DNA of 43,795 nt, taken from the NCBI GenBank assembly GCA_035760625.1, contig DASTSP010000042.1, positions 1-43,795 of the forward strand. Direction: 5' to 3'. Source of the DNA: Minisyncoccota bacterium (GTDB taxonomy: Bacteria; Patescibacteriota; Minisyncoccia; Phycocordibacterales; UBA918). A program made the position numbers and the translations under genes. This document shows, in pieces, positions 18,114 to 25,241 of the stretch. Under the pieces are notes generated by a model. The model saw only the letters and a list, made by a program, of their open reading frames with translations, did not search any database and was not told the origin of the DNA. Every line of letters begins with the position of its first letter. Positions within the stretch are counted from its first letter, which is position 1.

Positions 18114-18689
18114 TCACGCTTTCTCCACCCGTTCGGTGTATTCAGCTGATTCCGTATTGATGCGGATGACGTCGCCCTCGTTGATGAAGAGGGGAACCAT
18201 GATCTTCGCGCCGGTCTCGAGGATGGCCTCCTTAAGGGCACCCGACGACGTATTGCCACGGACCGCGGGAGCGGCCTCCTTCACCTTGAGTTCGACCTTG
18301 ATCGGCATCTTCACGCCGATTATCTTCTCGTCGAAGACGACCGCGTCGATGACGGTCTTCGGCTTCAGAAACTTTATCTCGTCGCCGACGATGTCGCCGG
18401 AGAGCGCGAATCGTTCTGCGGGCTTACCCGGCGTATTGAACCAGTACTCGCCGCGGTTCTCGTAGATGAACTCGATCGGCCGCGACTCGATGTCCGCCTC
18501 CTCCGCGGTCTCGTTCTGATGGAACGTCTGCTCGATGACCCGTCCCGAGATGAGGCTCTTCAGCTTCGTGATATTGACAGGCTTTCGCTGTTGTTTTCGA
18601 AAGACGTGCGATGCGAGCACGATATGGGGCTCATCGTTCCAAAGTATGACTTTTTTGAGGGTGATCTCGTTGTAGGAAAGGACAGACAT
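18114..18689 (-). CDS. efp: translation elongation factor P
   Basis: ORF track 18114..18827 trimmed to ATG 18689 (MSVLSYNEITLKK...). The three-domain EF-P pattern ends ...INTESAEYTERVEKA. Confidence 0.93.
   Translation of the reverse strand: MSVLSYNEITLKKVILWNDEPHIVLASHVFRKQQRKPVNITKLKSLISGRVIEQTFHQNETAEEADIESRPIEFIYENRGEYWFNTPGKPAERFALSGDIVGDEIKFLKPKTVIDAVVFDEKIIGVKMPIKVELKVKEAAPAVRGNTSSGALKEAILETGAKIMVPLFINEGDVIRINTESAEYTERVEKA
18116..18138. repeat. 23-bp direct repeat, proximal copy (functional efp 3' end)
   Basis: Identical 23-mer. Here it is followed on the minus strand by a TGA stop at 18114-16. Confidence 0.9.
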
Positions 18690-18738
18690 TTGGTAGTGGT
18701 GTACTATGTGGGTAAATAGGCAGGCATAGTAACAGGTT

Positions 18739-19329
18739 ATGTTCGGGCTTTCAACCGGAGACAGCGCGCGAGACCTCACCGATGAGGCCATCCTTTCGCG
18801 CGTACAGCAGGAGCCTTGGCTCTTCACCGCGCTCCTCGAACGCTACCAAGCTGCTTTTCTCCGGAAGGCGAAGACCATCCTCCACAAGAACGAGGACGCC
18901 GAGGAGGTCGTCCAGGATGCGTTCACGAAGATTTACATGAACGCGCACCGTTTCGAGGTGCGACCACGCGCGAAGTTCTCGTCGTGGGCATACGCCATAC
19001 TCATAAACACGGCGCTCACGCGATACCAGAAGTGCGTGCGGGAGGGGAAGCGGACCATGCTCATCGACCCCGAATACATGGAACAGCTCGGCGAGATGAA
19101 GGAGCACAACGCCTTCCGGCAAGATAAGGACGCGATCGACCGGCTCCTCGAGAAATTGCCCGGTCACTTCGCGCGCGTCCTTCGGCTCCACTACCTCGAG
19201 CATTGGTCGCACAAGGACATCGCCGCGGAAACGGGGGAGTCGGTCGGCGCCGTAAAGGCCCGCATCCATCGCGCGAAGGCGGAGTTTAGAAAGCAGGCGG
19301 GCGCGGAGGGCGCGTCACTTTTGGGGTAA
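18739..19329 (+). CDS. RNA polymerase sigma-70 family factor (ECF-like)
   Basis: Region 2 (EEVVQDAFTKIYMNAHRF, FSSWAYAILINTA) and region 4 HTH (HKDIAAETGESVGAVKARIHRAKAEFRK). Confidence 0.85.
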   Translation: MFGLSTGDSARDLTDEAILSRVQQEPWLFTALLERYQAAFLRKAKTILHKNEDAEEVVQDAFTKIYMNAHRFEVRPRAKFSSWAYAILINTALTRYQKCVREGKRTMLIDPEYMEQLGEMKEHNAFRQDKDAIDRLLEKLPGHFARVLRLHYLEHWSHKDIAAETGESVGAVKARIHRAKAEFRKQAGAEGASLLG

Positions 19330-19369
19330 GAGCATCGTTATATAAACGTAACGCTAATTTTATCATCGT

Positions 19370-19690
19370 ATGAAAAAGCTTCAGCGGAAGATCATGAGAG
19401 GCATCTACTACGCGTACGCGCTTCGTCTCGTCTCGCTCCCGGGCGTGCTCCAGGGGTTCTTCATGCTCGCCATCATGATAGCGCTCACACGCTTCGTCTC
19501 CCTTGGCCACGTCATCGCGAACTTCGAGACGGGCGGTTTCGCGCACGTCGGCACGTTCCTCTACAATGCGGTGCGTACGACGGAGATATGGACGCTTCTC
19601 CTCATCGGACTCTTCGTCTTCTCGCTCCTCTCGCTTCGTATCAGCCTCGTACCGCGAAGGGAAGAGGCGTACTCGTTCGCGCGCATTTAG
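19370..19690 (+). CDS. small integral membrane protein, possible anti-sigma partner (function unknown)
   Basis: 106 aa with 2-3 predicted TM helices, located immediately downstream of the sigma factor. Confidence 0.55.
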   Translation: MKKLQRKIMRGIYYAYALRLVSLPGVLQGFFMLAIMIALTRFVSLGHVIANFETGGFAHVGTFLYNAVRTTEIWTLLLIGLFVFSLLSLRISLVPRREEAYSFARI

Positions 19691-19700
19691 CGCTTCGATA

Positions 19701-19735
19701 TGAAAACCGCCGGCCCGTAGGGCCGGCGGTTTTCA
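19701..19735. terminator. bidirectional terminator (membrane protein / recA)
   Basis: TGAAAACCGCCGGCCC GTA GGGCCGGCGGTTTTCA, a perfect 16-bp stem with A/T-runs on both sides. Confidence 0.9.
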
Positions 19736-19742
19736 TATCCGC

Positions 19743-20828
19743 CTACGCGGCGGTACCCTCGTCCTTCAGTGCCTTTCGAACGTGCTTGAGGAGCTCGTTC
19801 TGGAGTTTCTTGTCCTCGCGAAGTGTCGTTCGCGCCGCATCGTAGCCACGGCCGAGCTTCACCTCGGCGCTCTGGTCGCCTCCCGGGGGGAGGTACGAGT
19901 AAGCCGCGCCGGACTTCTTCACGAGGCCGTACTTCTCGCCGAGGGCGAGGAGCTCGCCCTCGCGGCTGATGCCCTCGTTGTAGATGAGGTCGAACTCCGT
20001 CACGCGGAAGGGGGGCGCGACCTTGTTCTTCACGACCTTGACGCGGTGTCTGCCGCCGACGACCTCATCGCCCTTCTTTATCTGGGCGATGCGTCGAATG
20101 TCGAGGCGCACCGATGTGTAGAACTTGAGCGCCTTGCCACCCGGCGTCGTCTCGGGGTTGCCGAACATGACGCCTATCTGCATGCGGATCTGGTTGATGA
20201 AAATGACGATGGTCTTCGACTTCGCGGTGATCGCGGTGAGCTTCCGAAGCGCCTGGCTCATGAGGCGCGCCTGCTTACCGACGTGCGTCGCGCCCATCTC
20301 GCCCTCGATCTCGTCCTTCGGGGTGAGTGCGGCGACCGAGTCGATGACGACGATGTCTATCTTTCCCGAGCGGACGAGCGACTCCACTATCTCGAGCGCT
20401 TGCTCGCCGCTCTCCGGCTGTGAGATGAGGAGCTCGTCGAGCTTCACGCCGAGGCGCGCGGCGTACTCCGGGTCCATCGCGTGCTCCGCGTCGATGAACG
20501 CGCAAATGCCGCCCTGCTTCTGCGCCTCCGCTATCGCATGGAGGGAGAGCGTCGTCTTGCCCGAGGACTCGGGACCGAATATCTCGATGATGCGGCCGCG
20601 CGGGTAGCCGCCGATGCCGAGCGCGTCGTCGAGCCCGATCGAACCCGAGGGAATGGCATCGATGTCGACCTTCCTCGTGCTCCCGAGGGTCATGATGGCG
20701 TCGTCGCCGAACTTCGTCTTGATGCTTCGGAGCGTCTCCGCGATGTCGCCCATACCCTTCGTCTCCTTCGCCGGCGCTTCCGCGTCGCGTTCGATGGTCG
20801 TCTCTCCCTTCGTGCTTTTCTTGGGCAT
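19743..20828 (-). CDS. recA: recombinase RecA
   Basis: 361 aa with [16 protein letters not shown] (Walker A), [33 protein letters not shown]. Confidence 0.97.
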   Translation of the reverse strand: MPKKSTKGETTIERDAEAPAKETKGMGDIAETLRSIKTKFGDDAIMTLGSTRKVDIDAIPSGSIGLDDALGIGGYPRGRIIEIFGPESSGKTTLSLHAIAEAQKQGGICAFIDAEHAMDPEYAARLGVKLDELLISQPESGEQALEIVESLVRSGKIDIVVIDSVAALTPKDEIEGEMGATHVGKQARLMSQALRKLTAITAKSKTIVIFINQIRMQIGVMFGNPETTPGGKALKFYTSVRLDIRRIAQIKKGDEVVGGRHRVKVVKNKVAPPFRVTEFDLIYNEGISREGELLALGEKYGLVKKSGAAYSYLPPGGDQSAEVKLGRGYDAARTTLREDKKLQNELLKHVRKALKDEGTAA

Positions 20829-20878
20829 GCTAGATCTTCTTATCCGCGAAGTACGCTTCGCACTTTATAATATTCGCC

Positions 20879-20884
20879 ATTATA
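20879..20884 (-). promoter_or_regulatory. candidate recA -10 element (TATAAT on minus strand)
   Basis: GGGTATAATGG on the minus strand directly after the upstream gene stop. A GCGAAG-CGTA-CTTCGC hairpin lies in the resulting ~45-nt 5' UTR. Confidence 0.35.
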
Positions 20885-20886
20885 CC

Positions 20887-21255
20887 CTAGGACTCTGGGT
20901 CATACACGTACCGTTCCGTGAGGGTGGTCGTCCGGCCGAAGCGGTCTTTCGCCGCGAGGGTGACGATGGTCAATCCGTTCTCGAGGATCAGGTCCTGCGC
21001 GAACTCACCGGCCTCGTTCGTGTGTATCTCGCGGCCGTTTAACGTCAGTTTGACGATGTTCTCCGCCTCGCCGCGGAGAGTGACCGTGCGGTCCCGCTCC
21101 ACGAGAGGAGGCTCTTCGGTGAGCGTTATCGAGGGTCCGTGAATGAGGTTTCGTGCCTGGAACTCGACGTACCCGACGATACCGATGACGAGGAGCGAGA
21201 CGCCGAGGAAGCGAAGGAGGATGCCGAGGGTGATGTTCGAGAGGATGACGCGCAT
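20887..21255 (-). CDS. hypothetical membrane-anchored protein
   Basis: ORF track 20887..21486 trimmed to ATG 21255 (MRVILSNITLGILLRFLGVSLLVIGIVGY...) because the longer form overlaps ftsK. It has one TM helix plus a ~90-aa beta-rich ectodomain. Confidence 0.65.
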   Translation of the reverse strand: MRVILSNITLGILLRFLGVSLLVIGIVGYVEFQARNLIHGPSITLTEEPPLVERDRTVTLRGEAENIVKLTLNGREIHTNEAGEFAQDLILENGLTIVTLAAKDRFGRTTTLTERYVYDPES

Positions 21256-21259
21256 ACGG

Positions 21260-23419
21260 TTAGACCTCTTCGGTCTCTGGTCCGTCGGCGATGACGGGGC
21301 GGGGCTTCGAGCCGTCCGCGGGGCCGATGACGCCGCGCTCCTCGAGCATGTCCATGAGGCGTGCGGCGCGCGAGTAGCCGAGACGGAGCTTTCGCTGGAG
21401 GTACGAGGTCGACGCCTTTCCGGCCTCCATGACCGCGAGGCGCGCGTCTTCGTAGAGCTCGTCGTCGTCCCCGTCCTCGAGGCCACCCGCGAATATCGCG
21501 TTCGGGTCGGCCTTATCGCCCTGTGGGTCGAGATTGATGGTGTCGAGCTCCATACCGCTCTGGTCCTTGAGGTACGAGACGACCTTCTTCACCTCCTCGG
21601 TCGTCACGAACGCGGACTGGAGGCGCGTCGGCTTCGGGCTCTCTGCCGAGAGGAAGAGCATGTCGCCGCGGCCGAGGAGCTTCTCCGCGCCGGACTGGTC
21701 GAGGATGGTCCGTGAATCTATCTGCGAGGCTACCTGGAGCGCGATACGGGTCGGCACGTTCGCCTTGATGAGGCCGGTGATGACGTTGACCGATGGTCGT
21801 TGCGTCGAGAGTATGAGGTGGATGCCGACCGCGCGGCTCATCTGCGCGAGGCGGACGATGCACGCCTCAAGCTCCTTCGGGTACGCGGTCATGAGGTCGG
21901 CGAGCTCGTCGATGATGACGACGATGTAGGGAAGCGGCTCGGGGAGCTCGCCACGCTCCTCCTCGGGAGAGCCCTTCTTCTCGAACTTCTCCTTCGCGGG
22001 GTGGTACACGTGGTCGTGGTACGAGGCGATGTTCTGGACCTTCGCCTCGGAAAGGAGGTCGAGGCGCCGCTCCATCTCCTTGATCGCCCAGCGGAGGGCG
22101 ACGATGACCTTCTTCGCGTCGGTGATGACCGGCGTGAGGAGGTGCGGGATGCCGTTATAGAGCGTGAGCTCGATGCGCTTCGGGTCGACCATGATGAAGC
22201 GGAGCTGGTCGGGCGAGTTACGGAAGAGAAGCGAGATGACGACGTTATGGATGGCGACCGACTTTCCCGAGCCGGTCGTACCCGCGATGAGGCCGTGCGG
22301 CATGCGCGCGATGTCCGCGAACCACGCCTCGCCGGTGATGTTCTTCCCCAAGGCGACGAGGAGCGGCTTCGGGCTGTCGGTGTATTCCGGGGAAGAGAAG
22401 AGGGACGCGAGGCCGACCATCGCCTTTTGGCGGTTCGGGACCTCGATGCCGACGAGCGACTTCCCGGGTATCGGCGCCTCGATGCGGATTGGGCTCGCGG
22501 CGAGCGCGTACTCGAGGTTCGTCTGGAGGCCGACTATCTTCTCGAGCTTCACGCCCTCGGCTGGCTTGATGGCGTAGCGGGTGATGGAGGAACCGATCGT
22601 GACCGAGTCCATCTCGACGTCGATGTTGAACTTCTTCAGCGTACGGCGGATGGTGTTCGAGCTCGCCTTCACGTCGCCGACGTCCGGCGTACCCTTGTCC
22701 TTGTGGAGGAGGGAGAGGGGAGGAGGCGCGTACGTGCCCTCAAAGCTCGAGACGACGAACTCACCGGCCGCCTTCGAGAGGAACTTCTCGGTGAGCGAAC
22801 GCTTCTTCGGCTTCTCATCGTCGGCGTTCGCCTCGGCGGCCGCCGCGGCGCCTTCCAGAGGCTCACCGGAATCCGGTAGCGGCATCGTGACGACGGGCTC
22901 GAGCGCCTCGTCTACTTCCTCGTCGCGCTTCCTATGGAGGAAGTCCATGAAGCTCGTATTGAACGTGAGGAAGAGCGCGATGAGGAGGATAGCGACGAGC
23001 ATGATACCCGCGACGATACCGCCGAAGAGCGACGCGAACGGATAGAGCATGAGCGCGCCGGCGCCGCCGCCTTCCGTAAACCAGAGTTCCATGAGTCCGA
23101 GAGAGGCGAGGAAGAAGAGCGTGACGCCGACGAGCTTGGAGACGGAGACCGGATTGTCTTCGAGCGGCTTCATAAAGACGTATACGAAGAGGAGACAGGC
23201 GACGGGCGCGAGGACGAAGCCCCAGCCGAAGAGGTAAGTGAGCGCCCTGAAGGTCATGTCGCCCGCGATGCCCGCGTAGCCGAGGGACGAGAGGACGAAG
23301 AAGACCGCGAGGACGACGAAGAAGATGGCGGCTATCGCGTGCTTCGTCTGGGGCGAGACGTCATGAAAGAAGGAAGGGCCTGCGGGCGGTGGCGTCGTCG
23401 GTCTGCGTCGTTTGGCCAT
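21260..23419 (-). CDS. ftsK: DNA translocase FtsK/SpoIIIE
   Basis: 719 aa with N-terminal TM helices, GTTGSGKSV Walker A, VVIIDELADL Walker B, and a C-terminal gamma winged helix (YLQRKLRLGYSRAARLMDMLEERGVIG). Confidence 0.95.
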   Translation of the reverse strand: MAKRRRPTTPPPAGPSFFHDVSPQTKHAIAAIFFVVLAVFFVLSSLGYAGIAGDMTFRALTYLFGWGFVLAPVACLLFVYVFMKPLEDNPVSVSKLVGVTLFFLASLGLMELWFTEGGGAGALMLYPFASLFGGIVAGIMLVAILLIALFLTFNTSFMDFLHRKRDEEVDEALEPVVTMPLPDSGEPLEGAAAAAEANADDEKPKKRSLTEKFLSKAAGEFVVSSFEGTYAPPPLSLLHKDKGTPDVGDVKASSNTIRRTLKKFNIDVEMDSVTIGSSITRYAIKPAEGVKLEKIVGLQTNLEYALAASPIRIEAPIPGKSLVGIEVPNRQKAMVGLASLFSSPEYTDSPKPLLVALGKNITGEAWFADIARMPHGLIAGTTGSGKSVAIHNVVISLLFRNSPDQLRFIMVDPKRIELTLYNGIPHLLTPVITDAKKVIVALRWAIKEMERRLDLLSEAKVQNIASYHDHVYHPAKEKFEKKGSPEEERGELPEPLPYIVVIIDELADLMTAYPKELEACIVRLAQMSRAVGIHLILSTQRPSVNVITGLIKANVPTRIALQVASQIDSRTILDQSGAEKLLGRGDMLFLSAESPKPTRLQSAFVTTEEVKKVVSYLKDQSGMELDTINLDPQGDKADPNAIFAGGLEDGDDDELYEDARLAVMEAGKASTSYLQRKLRLGYSRAARLMDMLEERGVIGPADGSKPRPVIADGPETEEV

Positions 23420-23704
23420 GCTTAGATTTTATTATGAATGTAATGAATTATAAAATCTTAGCCGTCGCCGAGTGCGTCTCTCCTTGACGCCTCGCGGCGA
23501 CGAACGAGCATTTGACTAAAACTCGCACGCTCTATGACAGATTTGTAACCTCTGCATGATAGCACACGGCGACTCCGAGAAACCGTGTGGATTAGCGGAT
23601 CCATGCGTACATGAGGAGAGACGAACAGCGTTGCGTATGCGACAAAAAGGCGTATACTGACCGATACGAATGTCCGCTATTATAAAGGTCAGGTATACGA
23701 CATC

Positions 23705-24412
23705 ATGGAAGCCAAAGAGACAGTATTAGAGACAGAACGTCGACATCGTATCGTCAATGATACCGAATATTTCAAATATATTTTTAAAAAGACAGAAAAG
23801 ATTGCGTGTGCTGTCGTTTATGTGCTGCGTGGTGATACTTCAATCCGTCATACCGACCAGATTGTCCTAGACCTCGAAACCGCATCTCGGACAGTTCTCG
23901 ATGCGTCCCTTGCGTCTCTTAAGAGCACCGACCTCACGGTCCATGAGAGCGCGCTTAGTCTCGCGTACGAGCTCATGAACCTCGAGTCGAAGCTCCGGGT
24001 CGCGCACGCGGCGCGGCTCATCGACCAGGGCCTTCTCGATGTCTTCGTGCATGAGATCGACTCGGTCCATCGTGCGCTCCGCAAGTACGTGGGCACGGAC
24101 GTTCGAAACCCGCTTCTTGGCGATACGGCACCCGAGAGGAGGGAGCGCGAGGGGAGAACGCCGCGCCGTAGCCTCGCGCCCGTGGGCGACGCGCCCCTTA
24201 CGGAGCGAGCACCATCGCCCTCGAGCGTGGGGAGGCGCGACCGCGTCCTCGACGTCATCCGTACTAAGGGACAGGCGAGTATCAAAGACATAGTAGAGGT
24301 CGTATCCGACGTGAGCGAAAAGACAATCCAGCGAGAGCTCAATAGTCTTATAAAAGACAATATAGTACATCGCGAGGGAGAGAGAAGGTGGAGCAAATAC
24401 AGCCTGGTTTAG
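23705..24412 (+). CDS. hypothetical DNA-binding protein with C-terminal winged-helix (DeoR/HTH_11-like) domain
   Basis: 235 aa. The C-terminus RVLDVIRTKGQASIKDIVEVVSDVSEKTIQRELNSLIKDNIV is a typical wHTH. The N-terminal helical domain is unassigned. Confidence 0.7.
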   Translation: MEAKETVLETERRHRIVNDTEYFKYIFKKTEKIACAVVYVLRGDTSIRHTDQIVLDLETASRTVLDASLASLKSTDLTVHESALSLAYELMNLESKLRVAHAARLIDQGLLDVFVHEIDSVHRALRKYVGTDVRNPLLGDTAPERREREGRTPRRSLAPVGDAPLTERAPSPSSVGRRDRVLDVIRTKGQASIKDIVEVVSDVSEKTIQRELNSLIKDNIVHREGERRWSKYSLV

Positions 24413-24436
24413 ACAAAGACAATTCTCTCAAGAGAA

Positions 24437-24470
24437 AAAGGACATAACGTGTGGCGTTATGTCCTTTCTT
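24437..24470 (+). terminator. rho-independent terminator
   Basis: AAAGGACATAACG TGTGG CGTTATGTCCTTT followed by CTTGTT. Confidence 0.8.
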
Positions 24471-24626
24471 GTTATAAAAGACGTTATCATTTGTCCATAT
24501 CTTCCTCATTTTATCATCGCAGGACGATGTCCTAAAGGACGCAGTGTTTCCGCCCTTTAAGGGCATTTCGGTGCGTAAGATGTTCGCGCATAGTGCGTCA
24601 TCACCGGTAGCGAGAGCGCGTTCGTG

Positions 24627-24655
24627 TTGACTTTATGAAGACGTGCACGTATGCT
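24627..24655 (+). promoter_or_regulatory. candidate sigma-70 promoter (TTGACT-17-TATGCT)
   Basis: TTGACT at 24627-32, a 17-nt spacer, TATGCT at 24650-55. It would give a ~580-nt leader for the surface-protein gene. Confidence 0.35.
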
Positions 24656-25185
24656 CTCATCCAGATTTTGTGGCTTGATTCGTAGGCAGTTATGCACACA
24701 TCGCCGCACTATCCGGGGTATACAAGCGAAACGCTTTTGTATACTATTCGTATGCGCTTCAGTGCGCTCTTTTTTGAAAGGAAAAGGGACCACGTTTTGG
24801 AGGGTAGCTCGGTTCATCCAAGTATCCACCAAATGGCGCGTATACTCGTTCTTTGAGAGACGAACACGCCATGTACATATGTATGTACATCCGTTTTTCA
24901 TGAGACATATGAAAAAATGGTGGAGGCGAGGTTCGGTCCCGGGGGAAACACCTGGATCTCATATCTAAGTCCGCAGATGCGGACCGACGGCGTCTACGAC
25001 ACAGACGCACTTTGCCGTTTCCTGTTCGGGAACGGTGCTTCAGAAATTCCTTTTCCCGTTACGGTTGCGTACGATAGAAATTCCTTCTCTCTTGTAGCTA
25101 GGCCACGGCGCGTGGGGTGTCGACCCGTTAACGCGCGCCGCGGAATAGTGATATTCGTGAACGGTCCTTCGACGGGCCGTTCGCA

Positions 25186-25205
25186 AATAAGAATTAATTC
25201 TTATT
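25186..25205. repeat. 20-bp perfect palindrome (P3) AATAAGAATT|AATTCTTATT
   Basis: Located 37 nt upstream of ATG 25242. It shares the outer arms AATAAGAA / TTCTTATT and the ATTAAT centre with palindrome P1. Confidence 0.85.
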
Positions 25206-25241
25206 ATTAGGTTAACAGTAATTCGTTACTGGTAAACAGTT

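Noticed and set aside
21800-22879. 359-aa plus-strand ORF and the other long ORFs opposite ftsK
   Set aside because: They are antisense shadows of ftsK, whose Walker motifs and gamma domain are unambiguous.
24557-24968. Overlapping 114-aa (-) and 105-aa (+) ORFs in the lower-GC intergenic region
   Set aside because: They overlap each other on opposite strands, their codon composition is unlike the real genes, and their Cys/Arg/His-rich translations have no motifs. I treated the region as non-coding leader.
24912-25185. tmRNA-like fragments (TGGTGGAGGCG at ~24916, TTCGACGGG at ~25167)
   Set aside because: No T-arm (GGTTCGAATCC-type), no paired acceptor ends, no tag reading frame and no room before the downstream CDS. 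The motif matches are short and probably fortuitous.
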